Positions 38,783-51,083 of a stretch of DNA of 64,000 bases are shown here, piece by piece. Source of the DNA: Geosiphon pyriformis uo1. Lineage: Eukaryota; Fungi; Glomeromycota. Location: the NCBI GenBank assembly GCA_016748015.1, contig JAAOMT010000470.1, positions 253,964-317,963 on the forward strand, read 5' to 3'. The first letter of the stretch is position 1, and each line of letters begins with the position of its first letter. Below the pieces are notes generated by a model. That model did no database searches and was not told the origin of the DNA. It saw only the letters and a program-made list of their open reading frames with translations. The position numbers and the translations under genes were made by a program.

Positions 38783-41700
38783 TGTTACTTATAAAAAAAG
38801 AATACAAGAAAAATAGTAAGAAAAACAGATAAGAAGAATAGACTAATAAGAAAATAATATTTAGTACATGAGCACATTGCTCAGCAATGTGAAACATTGT
38901 CAGAAAATCATGGCACATTGCTCAATAATAATTATATTGTCAAAAATTACAGATATATTGCTTAGCAATATGAGCATTACTTGAAAAATTATGGCACATT
39001 GCTCACAAATATGCAGAATCTTATATAACATAAATTATATATATATAGTAAAAATGTTAAAAGCAAAAAGAAAAATTCCAGAAGAATTCAAGAATTCCTA
39101 GAGAATTTAATAGAGTTTTATTAATTTAAAACAATCTCCTTTCTTTTCTATTTATTAAATCTTATTTCAAAGATAATTGTTATTAACTAAAATAGAATTA
39201 TATTAATAAAATATCTCTTCAATTTTTCAAATTCATGTTATTGTTGTTTGTTTGAGAATCTAATCACTTTTTTATTTATCAACACTTTATGTTAATAAAA
39301 TCCAACATTTAATCATACTGGAACAATAACTCTTGATCACGGCTATTGACATCAAAAATTGCCTGGTAAAAAACTCCTGCAAAAGAGTAAGACATACAAG
39401 ATTAAAGATTACTTACTAGAGGATTGCTGGCCACCAAACTGAGAAAAAAATTGACAGAATTGTGATTCCAGGAGGCTACTGAAACCACTATTAAATCTTT
39501 GCTTATTATACAAAAGACTCACAAAAACCTTTAGATTACAAAAATTTTCAGAAACCAACACTATTATATTAATTGAACACCAAGTTATGAGTTTGTTATT
39601 TGTTTTCAGACCCCAAATAATTACCTGTAATATTTGGTGCTTCTTGTGAGATATAATCCAACAGAAAACCAATACCAACAACAACCATACAGAAAAGTGG
39701 CAGACCAAGAGAAAACAAGGGAAAATTATTTAGGATTCATGAAATTTTTATTTTACTATTACCTTTGAAAAAATTGTTAAATTGAAACTCCAATTATTCA
39801 AAACCTGAGAATTAAAATCCCAAACATTTGAAACTTACCTTTGATAAAAAATTGTTAAATTCAAACTTCAATTATTTAAGATCTGATTGTTAAAACCCCA
39901 ACCATTCAAAAATTATCATTGATAAATTTGTTAAAACTTGCTAAATTAAAAACTCCAATTATTTAAGACCCAAGTGTTAAAACCCCAAATATTCAAAACT
40001 TATCTTTGATAAAAAATTGTTAAATTCAAACTCCGATTATTCAAAACCCAATCATTAAAACCCTGAACATTCAAAACTTACTGTTAATAAATTTGTTAAA
40101 AACTTATTAAATTAAAACTCTAATTATTCAAGACCTAATTATTAAAATCCCGAACATTCAAGAATTATTATTGATAAACTTATTAAAATTAAAAACTCTA
40201 ATTATTCAAGACCCGATTATTAAAAACTCTGAATATTTTAAAATTACTGTTAAATTAAAACTCTAATTATTCAAAACCCAATCATTAAAACCCTGAATAT
40301 TTGAAATTTATCTTTAATAAATTCATTAAAAACTTGTTAAATTAAAACTCTGATTATTCAAAACCTGATCATTAAAACTCCAAACATTTGAAACTTATTA
40401 TCAATAAAACTCATTAAATTTTTAGCAATTTAAACTCCAGGAATTATTCAAAAACCCAAATATTTAAAGTCTAATAAATTCTAAACACCATTATCATACA
40501 AAGAAACTTACCTCTAATAGCCCAATAAAACTTAATTCTCACAGTACCAATAAATCAACAAAACTTACTTGACAGTCTTGAGTCAGAATATTGAGATATA
40601 GTCACAATTCACTTCCATGTGTCATATATTTGAAAAAAAGCCAATTAGCAAAAACAATAAGAATCAAAATCAGAATTGAAACTTAATCCTGATTTAAACT
40701 CCATTGATAATGACAATGATTCAAACTTTGCTAATAATAACAACAATTTAAACTCTGTCAACAACAATTCAAACACTATTTCAAACACTAAACAATATAT
40801 CATGCTTCTAGATCTTACAATAGAGCAGAAATTAACTTAATTTAGTGATAATAATGAGGACATTATGTCTAAACATGCACATAATACAGATGCAAGATTT
40901 GAACTTAGATATTCTGGACAGACCACTATAGTTAAAAACTCCAGTCATGTATAAAATTAGATTTAAAAAATAGCAATAGTAATTACAGCAACAACATTGA
41001 TACAAAAGAGAAATTTAGAAGATTTCACAAGAGCTCAATATTAAAAAAGGAAATAATATTACTCATAGAAAAAAAAATACAAAAAAAATAATAAGAAAAA
41101 CAGATAGGGAAAATAGACCAATAAGAAAATAATATTTAGCATATGAGCATATTGCTCAGCAATGTGAGCATTACTTGAAAAATTATGGCACATTGCTTAC
41201 GAATGTACAGAATTTTGTATAACATAAATTATATATATATAATAAAAGTGTTAAAAGCAAAAAGAAAAATTCCAAAAGAATTCAAGAATTCCTAGAGAAT
41301 TTAATAGAGTTTTATTAATTTAAAACAATCTCCTTTCTTCTCTATTTATTAAACCTTATTTCAAAGATAATTGCTATCAACTAAAATAGAATTATATCAA
41401 TAAAATATCTCTTTAATTCTTCAAATTCATGTTATTGTTGTTTGTTTGAGAATCTAATTACTTTTCCATTTATCAACACTTTATGTTAATAAAATCCAAT
41501 ACTTAACCATACTAAAACAATAATTTTTGATCATGACTATTGATGAGATACTAATTTTTTATTTTATTTTTATTTTTATTTTATTTTATTTTATTTTATT
41601 TTATTTTTTTTTGTTATTTACTAATTAATTAAGAATTAAGCACTGAGTTACTGATGTCAAAGATTGTCTGATAAAAGACCCTTGTAAAAGAGTAAACACT

Positions 41701-41939
41701 TGAATTTAAAGATTACTTATTAAAAAATTGCTGGCCACCAAGCCAAGAAAAAAATTGATGGAATTGCAATTTCAGAAAACTACTGAAAACAACTATTGAA
41801 TCTCTGTTTATTATACAAAAAACTCAACCAAAACCTTCAGACAACTAAAATCTTCAAATATTATCAATCATATTAGTTATTAAGCACCAAGTTACAGATT
41901 TGTTATTTGATTTAAGACTCCAAATAATCATCTATAACA
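38783..41939 (+). mobile_element. Non-autonomous family B LTR element (LTRs 38783-39632 and 41057-41939)
   Basis: PBS TGGTGCTTC at 39635, PPT before 41057. 4-bp TSD TCAT/TTAT whose removal restores the LINE frame (VVYDFLS). Internal region only 1.4 kb, with a dUTPase relic at ~40855-41000. Confidence 0.9.
39755..40470 (+). repeat. Degenerate minisatellite, ~9 units of 65-89 bp
   Basis: Recurring AAACTCCAATTATTCAAGACCC...AAAACCCCGAACATTCAAAACTTA. Confidence 0.85.
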
Positions 41940-44900
41940 TTATAAACCACAATACCAACACTTATATTCAAGACCAGAAAGTACACAGTTGTACTACTAG
42001 CAACATTGGCAGAACCAGTACTCCTCAATAAACTATCTGTATACACTTCAAAAAAATCAAACCAAACTTTGTGCAAATTATTTCTTACAGCAGACAGTTC
42101 ATCAGATTCCAGAACATTTAAACCATGTGACTGAGCAAAATTAGCACAGCTAAATAAGGACAAAACTTGACTTAATAAATACTTAGATGTAATACCAAAC
42201 CAACAAAAACCACAGCCTTGTAGATCCAGCCTCTTCCAATAACAAAAAGTTTTCCAATCCAACACACAGCCTTTTTTATCAACAAGCTGATTACCAAAAG
42301 CAATTCCAAAGTGTTTTAGAGAACAAACAAAATCAAAGTACAAAATTTTTTCAAGAATCAATAATATTAGAAAATAACCAAAACTATAAAAAGCATTGAG
42401 AAGATTGTTTGCTAAAAAAAGCTTACTGCTTAAAAAGATTTTTACCATTTTAGCCAAAAAATTATTTACCAGACTAACACATAACTTGACAAAAAATTGC
42501 AAAAGATCCAAAGGAGCCCACCCTACAACTTGCAAGTCCAAAAATTTATAAATAAATAATCATCCAAGAATGCCTACGATATTAGAAAAGAGAACCAAAG
42601 AAGCCATCTTTTCTTCAGATTGTATTTGCTCAAAAAATTTTAAGCCATACAAAAAGAGATAATATAGAGCAGTATCAAAAAAATTATGGGGCAGACATAC
42701 CTTAAGTTTGAGACTTTTCCTAACTATAACATCCTATTTGTAATACATATTAGCTAAAACAAAACTAAACTAAGTTTGGTAGTCAATTATAGACTGCAAG
42801 ACAGCTAACACCAAATATGAAAATTGTTTATCTGTAATAGTCTTCTTAAAAACAACATTAACAAAGAACTGAACATCAAAATGAGTCTTGGAAACACTTG
42901 GCTTGGACAATTCTTTGGTAAACAAAAAAATCTTCAAATAATAATGTGTTTTGCTTTTTTTGGCAATTGAAATTGGCTGACTACTAATATTCAAAGAAGC
43001 AACTTTAACACTCTGATTAATAAGAATAGCCACTATCTTTTTATTGTTAATAGAAATATCATTGATATCAAAGAACTTACTGACAATGTTCAAAGCATAT
43101 TAAGTAGTAGTCTAACAGTTACTGACCCAAATTGTGTCATCAACAAATGTGCCAGCTGCAAAATAAGATGTTATCTTATCACTACTCTCAATTTTGCTCA
43201 TTTTTGAAACAAACTTAGTATCAATCTGATACTCATACAATTGTTCATGCCTCTTAATCTCACATAAAAGCAGATTGTAGAAGATCCTCTAAAGAAGAGA
43301 CAAAAAGACTTTACTTTAATCCAAACTATCATGCACTCTATAGCTATCTGACAAGCCAAAATCAGTCATAACTCTGTTAATCTTATTCTTATATATACTG
43401 CCAAAAAACCTTATGAATCTGTTACACATCTTAATTTGCTGTAAGCTAGCTTTTAAGTAATACTACTTAACAGAATCATATGCTTTACACATATCTTGTA
43501 AGACCAACCAAAGTTCTTTATCTTTTTTAAGAGCATCTTCAACTACTAATCCAATAGCAAACACAGAAGACTATATGAATGTACTCTTTAATACTGAAAA
43601 GTTACTACCATAGAAAACACCAAACTTGCTACATGCAAATAAAATACAATCAGACAAAACTTTAGAGAAAATTTTCCTATTAGTCTTAATCAAAGCTATG
43701 GGCCAAGTATTTATAAGAACCCCATCATAGTTATAAAGTTTAGAAATTATCAAAACTTATGCTCTCTTCCATAAAACAGAAACACCAACAACAGCCAAAC
43801 ATGCATTCAACAGCATCAAAAGCCACTTCAAAACTTCATCACCACCATGTTTTCACAGTTTATTAGAAATACCAAACAATTTAGCAGTTTTGTCATCAGA
43901 TAAATTATTAACAACCAAAAACAAATTACTTATATTAATAGAACACATCATATCAGAAAAAGTATTGTTCTTTACATGATTTAATAGTATATATTGTCAA
44001 GCCCAGAAATTAGACAATACTAAAGACATCTTCTACTCTTTTGTCTAATTCTCTATAATCTTATTAATGCTGTGTTTTATCTTATTCAGCTTCAAAACCA
44101 ACTTGTTATCTATTACTAAGTAATCCAAAACTATTTTGCAAAAAGGCTTTTTCAAAATAATTTTTATCATGCTCTTTTTATTCAAATAAAAGCTTTCTAT
44201 GTATCTATCAATTGTCTTCCTAATAGACACTTTTTCAATCAATTTTGATTTATAAAGTTTGAACTTCCTGTACTTTTTCTGAACCATTAACAAATGCTTA
44301 AGAATATTCATTGACTTTTCATTATCTTGAACCATATCCATAATCTTATAAATCTCATCAAAATTTAGAGTTGACTATTTCCTAGTGAGATACTTGAAAC
44401 TAATCATATCACCTAAGCCCAATTTTTTAACAATCTTGGCAACTAACAATTCTAACTCAAAAAATTTTGATATTATTTGTTTTTCAAACATTAATATATA
44501 CTAAACCAATATCTAAAGAATGTTTCATTAGCTAATCTCACTATTACTCCCTCTAACAACTTCTATATTGCATTCAAATTATTACAAGTCTCTATTACTA
44601 AGAACTTACTCTCTACTGCTAACAACTTTGCTATAAAACACTCTCTAAATTCCATTTATTTGGTGCTATTTACATCCTTAATTCTAAACTTCTAATGGTT
44701 TTTGTTAGTCTGTTTATGCAAGCTATTCAGATAAATATTCAAAAGTCCACCCAAACCAATAAATACCATGACAGCTTTATAATTAATGTTAAAAAAGCCA
44801 GAAACAGAGCCAAGCTTATAATTAATGACAGCTAAAAACAAATTTCTACTAACAAAAATGTAATCAATAATTTTCTCAAACCTTTTTGAATTGCTCCACA

Positions 44901-47032
44901 CAGAAGCTTTGACTTAATAATAACCAGAAAAAAAATTGACCAAACCCAAATCTAAACAAAACTTGAAACTTACACTCCTTCCAAACCCATTTTTATTAAA
45001 ATCATCATCCAAAACCACAAAAGTACTGAAATTGACAGTCTTTGCAATAAAAAAGTTTACTTTCAAAGCCTGTCTAAACCTAGCTTTAGACAAAACACCA
45101 GTATACAAATCCAGAACTGTAATCAAAAGCTTGTTTTTGAACAAAAGCCATACTGAAATAACCCAACCAGGAACTTTTTTTATCTTAAAAACATAACAAG
45201 CCAAAGAATTGTTATGATAACAGCTACACTAGCACCAAAAAAATCTTTTTCTAAACCAAACATAAAGATTTGTACACCTTTAAACTTATTAGCAATCTAT
45301 GATTTGACATTAAATTACAACTTAGTTTCTATAATAAAAGATACTATATTATCCAAACTCACATACCAGTAAACAACATCCTTCTGCTTGGCAGAAACAT
45401 TAATACCCTAAACATTACACATAGTAAACTTCCAAACTAGATCACTTATTGAGATGTAGAGAGAGTTAACAAACCCAGACCAGAACACAAATAATTCAAT
45501 TTTTCCAAAACCAAATTTACTAACACTTCTAAAGCCATTATTTTCGACTTTAAGCCACCCATCTTGAAGATTAAAACTCTAGAACTACTTGAGTTAAAGT
45601 CCACAACCACATTATCAACAACTGAAAGAGAAAGAGCAGACAGTATTAATGCACCATCCAAAGTTATATCCACATCTAAATTTGAAATTAGAGACTCAGA
45701 AACAACCAAAGAAGGAGCATAAAAGGAGGGCACCAATAACACCAATTTAACAAAACTCAATTTTTTTAAAATACCAGACACTTAATCAGCCAAAAACTCT
45801 AAAGAACACTCCAAAAAATTCAAACAATTAGTCAAACAAAAAACATTAAGAAAACCGAAAACCATTGAGATGGGTTTTACACCCAAAGACAAACCAGCAC
45901 CAAAAGAATTCAACAAAACCATATAAAAAAAAGAGCCACTTACAACCTGGGCCCAAGTCTTGCTATTGACAATTAATAGGTGCCTGTTTCTTTTTATAAA
46001 TATTGGCCAGATAAACTTGATTTTAAAAAGTTACCACTTACTTACTATAAATACCAGAATTTTTACCCATTGAACAATTAACAAAAACATGACCAAATTG
46101 TTTGCAATGAGCACAACAAGCCAAAAAAAACTAGTCCAATACAAATTCACACTTTTGAAAACAAGAACAAAACCAACAGCAGTCAATCTGGATGTCTTAT
46201 TATTAAAACAAATTACAGTACATCTATTGTAAACATACATAACCAAATTACAGCCAATAATACAAGTTCTCCTATCATAAAAAGCCAATAGATTAGAGAG
46301 ATTATGGACAGTGGTGCCAACTGGTAGTGTATATAGCAAAGCTCAATGCTAATTCCTAAATATTTATGCCTGTTTATTATTGATTGCCTTTACTATACAA
46401 ACAAAGTCCTTTTCTATGAGCACAGATCATTTAGTTGTGACCAAATTAGTTATCTCAGATAATTCATATTTCACCAGGGCTTTTTACTAAAGACCAATCA
46501 GCTGTATCTTAATTAATACAATCTTACCAAATTTAGAAAAAACTGATTCCACAGTCAACTTTGAAAGATCAACTGGAATTTTTTTGACAATTATTTTTCA
46601 ATCTAAGTGGCTGTTTATTTTCCTGAGATTATTATTGACCAAAATATTCTTACTAATTGCCATTTTTCTAGCCTTTTTCAAACTCATTTCAGATGTAAAT
46701 AATGATTTAATAATACCAGAAAATTTTGAGGGAGTTAAAGCTTTTTCAAAACCATCTACTTAATAGAAAATTTTTTTTACTAAGATTAATTTATTATTAT
46801 TGAACTTGTTTGGCATAGCTAATAAATTTATATCCAATACAAAGAATTTAATTGGCTCAAAATTTTTCTTGTTTAAGACACATAACTCCATAATAGGCAA
46901 CTGTTTGTTATCAAAGAACTTGGGAACTAAAAGCAGTAAAATATTATTATCATTATTACTTATATTACTAAAAGAAAGTTTCTTTGGCTAGTTGCTTAAC
47001 ACATATATTCTGGTGTAAGTTTTTCTGGATGT

Positions 47033-47478
47033 ATAGATATTAGATGTACTCTTTAATCATGTTTTATTCAATAATCTTCAAATGCTGCAATTACATGTTT
47101 CAAAAAAAGGGTAAAAAATAACCAACAAGTAATCTTTTATCCAAAAATGTTCAGATACTTAAAGGTAGAGAAAAAAAATTTAGCAATAAGAGAATAATTG
47201 AGATGAAAGTTGTTATTTTATTTATTTGATTTTCTTGATTTCTACATATATTTCTACAGCTAAGAAATTTATTGCTTATATAGTTATCAAAAGTGGTCAA
47301 TAATCAGATCAACGACTAGGTCAATGATCAAGTCAATAATCAGGTCAATGATCAAATCAACAGTTAGATCATTAATCAGGTCAATGATCACTTTCTAAAA
47401 ATAAAGTGGCTAATTTATATAACATTAATGACTAATACATATGATAATTAATAAGAAGTATAAGTTTTAACTGTAATA
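47033..47478 (-). repeat. Truncated LTR family C inserted in LINE ORF1, with 8 x 12-bp repeats at 47295-47390
   Basis: Homologous to ~15400-15821. LINE ORF1 resumes on both sides. Confidence 0.85.
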
Positions 47479-48714
47479 ATATTATTATCTTTCAAAACAT
47501 TTGAATCTGCATAGCTAGTCTCCTTCGCCACCATATTTTTTATGTTTTTTAAGTCCAAAATTCTATTAATACTATTTGTTTCACTATTAACTTTACTGCT
47601 TTAGGACCTCATAAGTTTATTGTTATCAGAAATTGTGTTAACAAAATTGAGAAAGCCAATAAAAATCTTGACTATACCACTAACAATAATAAGTTTCTTG
47701 GGTTTTTTGTATAAAGCATTGCACAAATAAGTGCCTACTAAATGCTTAGATTTGATACTAAACCAAGTTTCTAATTTAGCTGAATTTACTACTAACTTTC
47801 CAGCAGAAGAGCCTGTTGGATTCATAATTATAAATAAAAATATATTGGAAAAAATAACTGTGAAAACAAGGGGGATAGAAAGTAAAAAAAAATTATCTCT
47901 TTAGTATAATCTAACTCTTATTGTAATCAGAAGATCAATAAGATAAAGATTTTTTGGTTTTTTTTGTAATTAAGTATTGAATTCTATTAATATAGAATGT
48001 TAATAGAATAAAAATAATTAATATTTTTTAATTAAGTAATGATAACATGGATTTAGGTAATAATTGATATTTTTATTGATATATGATTTGATTCTACTTT
48101 AAGTTATAGAAAACTATCTTTTAAAAGAAAGGATATTGGATAATTAATAAATTCTAATTAATAATTGGTATTAATTTTGTTTTTTCTGTTTCTAAAACTT
48201 TTACTATATACACCTAATTCTTGTTATATGAGATCTCACATTTTTTTAAGCAATGTGCCATATTTTCTTTAATAATGCTCTCATTGTTAAGCAATATGCT
48301 ATGATTTTCTGATAATATGTTCATTGCTAAATAATGTGCCATAATTCGTTAACAATGTGCATATTGCTAAGCAATGTGTAATCATTTTCTGACATTGTGC
48401 TCACTCGCTAAGTATTATTCTCCTATTGGTCTATTTCTCTATCTGTTTTTCTTACTTTCTTTCTTTGTACTTTTTCTATAAGTAACAATAACCAAATTTC
48501 TGAAATAAAATCACATGCCTGAAAAATCGATTGCGTAACACAGATGTTCGATCGACATATATCACAGAATAAATTAGAATGTCATGGAACTTTTTATGTA
48601 TGATATAATCGTGTGACCTGCTGATTGTTTTAAATCTGATTGATTAGCTCGTGGTGTGGCGCTCTTTGTGAAAAAAAATTGCTTGCGGAATTCACTTTGT
48701 TGAATAACGTAATT

Positions 48715-50653
48715 ATGACTTCTTACGACGAACTCGACCACTTAAGAAATTTTTTACAAAACGAACCCTTAAATAAAATTACTGTTGCTAGAGCCTTTCA
48801 TGAACTATGGAAGTGTAAAGATATACAATCGGAAGAAAGTGATTCTAACTGTCTTTTGGAGGTCTTTAAAGAGTTGACTGCAGAAAATCTAAATAGTGAT
48901 AGAAAGCAATACTTCACTTCCTTACAAGATATAGACAAGGTACATGTAATTCACTAATATATGTTGTTTTTATAGATATGAGGATAATATAAATTGAACC
49001 ACTCGTTAGTCGGTTAATCATTTGCGGGAAGTTTCAGCTTTTGTATTACTGGATATGAAGAAGATCTGTAAGCGGTGGTGACTGGCCATAAGCCATTTGC
49101 GAGAAGTTTCAGCTTTATATTACAGTATACAAAGGAAGATCTGTAAGCGGTGGTGACTGGCCATAAGCCATTTGCGAGAAGTTTCAGCTTTTGTATTACT
49201 GGATATGAAGAAGATCTGTAAGCGGTGGTGACTGGTCATAAGCCATTTGCGAGAAGTTTCAGCTTTATATTACAGTATACAAAGGAAGATCTGTAAGCGG
49301 TGGTGACTGGCCATAAGCCATTTGCGAGAAGTTTCAGCTTTTGTATTACTGGATATGAAGAAGATCTGTAAGCGGTGGTGACTGGCCATAAGCCATTTGC
49401 GAGAAGTTTCAGCNNNNNNNNNNNNNNNNNNNNNNNNNNNNNNNNNNNNNNNNNNNNNNNNNNNNNNNNNNNNNNNNNNNNNNNNNNNNNNNNNNNNNNN
49501 NNNNNNNNNNNNNNNNNNNNNNNNNNNNNNNNNNNNNNNNNNNNNNNNNNNNNNNNNNNNNNNNNNNNNNNNNNNNNNNNNNNNNNNNNNNNNNNNNNNN
49601 NNNNNNNNNNNNNNNNNNNNNNNNNNNNNNNNNNNNNNNNNNNNNNNNNNNNNNNNNNNNNNNNNNNNNNNNNNNNNNNNNNNNNNNNNNNNNNNNNNNN
49701 NNNNNNNNNNNNNNNNNNNNNNNNNNNNNNNNNNNNNNNNNNNNNNNNNNNNNNNNNNNNNNNNNNNNNNNNNNNNNNNNNNNNNNNNNNNNNNNNNNNN
49801 NNNNNNNNNNNNNNNNNNNNNNNNNNNNNNNNNNNNNNNNNNNNNNNNNNNNNNNNNNNNNNNNNNNNNNNNNNNNNNNNNNNNNNNNNNNNNNNNNNNN
49901 NNNNNNNNNNNNNNNNNNNNNNNNNNNNNNNNNNNNNNNNNNNNNNNNNNNNNNNNNNNNNNNNNNNNNNNNNNNNNNNNNNNNNNNNNNNNNNNNNNNN
50001 NNNNNNNNNNNNNNNNNNNNNNNNNNNNNNNNNNNNNNNNNNNNNNNNNNNNNNNNNNNNNNNNNNNNNNNNNNNNNNNNNNNNNNNNNNNNNNNNNNNN
50101 NNNNNNNNNNNNNNNNNNNNNNNNNNNNNNNNNNNNNNNNNNNNNNNNNNNNNNNNNNNNNNNNNNNNNNNNNNNNNNNNNNNNNNNNNNNNNNNNAAGG
50201 ACCAAAAAGGATAAGCTGTATAAATTCTGCATTGTATTTGGTATAAATATTACAGGTAAAAAAACATATTTCATTCAATAATGTAGATAACATTCTATTG
50301 TCTAATTGTGTTTTGATAATTAGATGACCACTGTGTTGATGTATACGGATTGTTACGAGAAAAAGGTATAAAGTTTTACCTCCCTATCATAAAAGCCAAG
50401 ATTCCTTTACATAACGAAACTGTGGATAAAGTTGAAGAATTTGTGCATGCCTTATTAATCTTGCGGGTAAGAAATTTTGAAAAACCAAAAATCAGTCTTT
50501 TAATACTATACACCATTACTAAGGTTATTTTATCTTTAGAACGGGTTACTGGTAAATCTTCATGAATTCAATCAGATTTTATTAAAGAAATCTAGGTCAG
50601 CCACCGAACAACATGATTCCTCCGAAGAAGATTCTACTATCAGAACCTCATAA
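48715..50653 (+). CDS. Copy 2 of the putative PD-(D/E)XK nuclease-like gene (middle hidden by array and gap)
   Basis: N-terminal exon is close to copy 1. Introns 50256-50323 and 50467-50539 (GT-AG) give an open C-terminus ...IVFGINITDDHCVDVYGL...HALLILRNGLLVNL...TIRTS*. Confidence 0.6.
49019..49413. repeat. Second copy of the 75-bp A/B array
   Basis: Identical to 10505-10899, including the single GGTCAT variant. Confidence 0.95.
49414..50196. other. Assembly gap (N)
   Basis: Run of N. Confidence 1.
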
Positions 50654-50945
50654 AAATATAATTTTAATGCGAATCTTTTTTTAATAATAATTAGGATATT
50701 TTTTATTTGTACCAGTTGTTTCGGCAACATTTTTACTGTGTAAATAAAACAATGACACATATTCAATGATTTGAAGTATTAAAGGGACGTATAAGCCGAA
50801 TAACCGCTCACATGATATTTTTTCTTTCATAATATATTAATGACGTAATAATATTTTTTGACCCTGGTCGTTATATCATATAAAATCACGTTAACTTTTG
50901 CATGTGTATTGATATTGATATGAGAATTTTCTTGGCAAAAGTGAT

Positions 50946-50966
50946 CGCGTGACAATTTGTCACGCG
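50946..50966. promoter_or_regulatory. Perfect palindrome CGCGTGACAA-T-TTGTCACGCG
   Basis: 10-bp arms with a 1-nt centre, ~120 nt upstream of the ATG at 51084. Recurs at 52393-52411. Function inferred only. Confidence 0.5.
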
Positions 50967-51083
50967 TATATTTTTTTTATTTTACGTATATGTTCTGTAT
51001 TTTTTGGTCTACACTAATAAACAAGCTTTTGAATAATCCGCATTTTATATAAAAAACGAACTTCTTAAGTAACTCTACGAGAC

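Larger units (their letters stand above)
37465..47964 (-). mobile_element. Full-length LINE (~6.9 kb without nested inserts): ORF1, APE-RT-RNaseH-zinc finger, poly(A)
   Basis: 14-bp TSD TGTAATTAAGTATT at 37451-37464 and 47965-47978. TFVDDTIW, VYTDSL, IDYIF motifs. ORF1 start at 47825. Confidence 0.92.
36992..48487 (-). repeat. Solo LTR (family B variant) split by a LINE: halves 36992-37464 and 47965-48487
   Basis: The halves are contiguous in LTR-B order. Termini TATTACAGG...AAGTAACA. ATAA on both flanks is a candidate 4-bp TSD. Confidence 0.75.

Noticed and set aside
41553-41610. (TTTTA)n tract, also (AAT)n at ~36848-36910 and a 2 x 24-bp repeat at ~54944-54995
   Set aside because: Ordinary slippage repeats.
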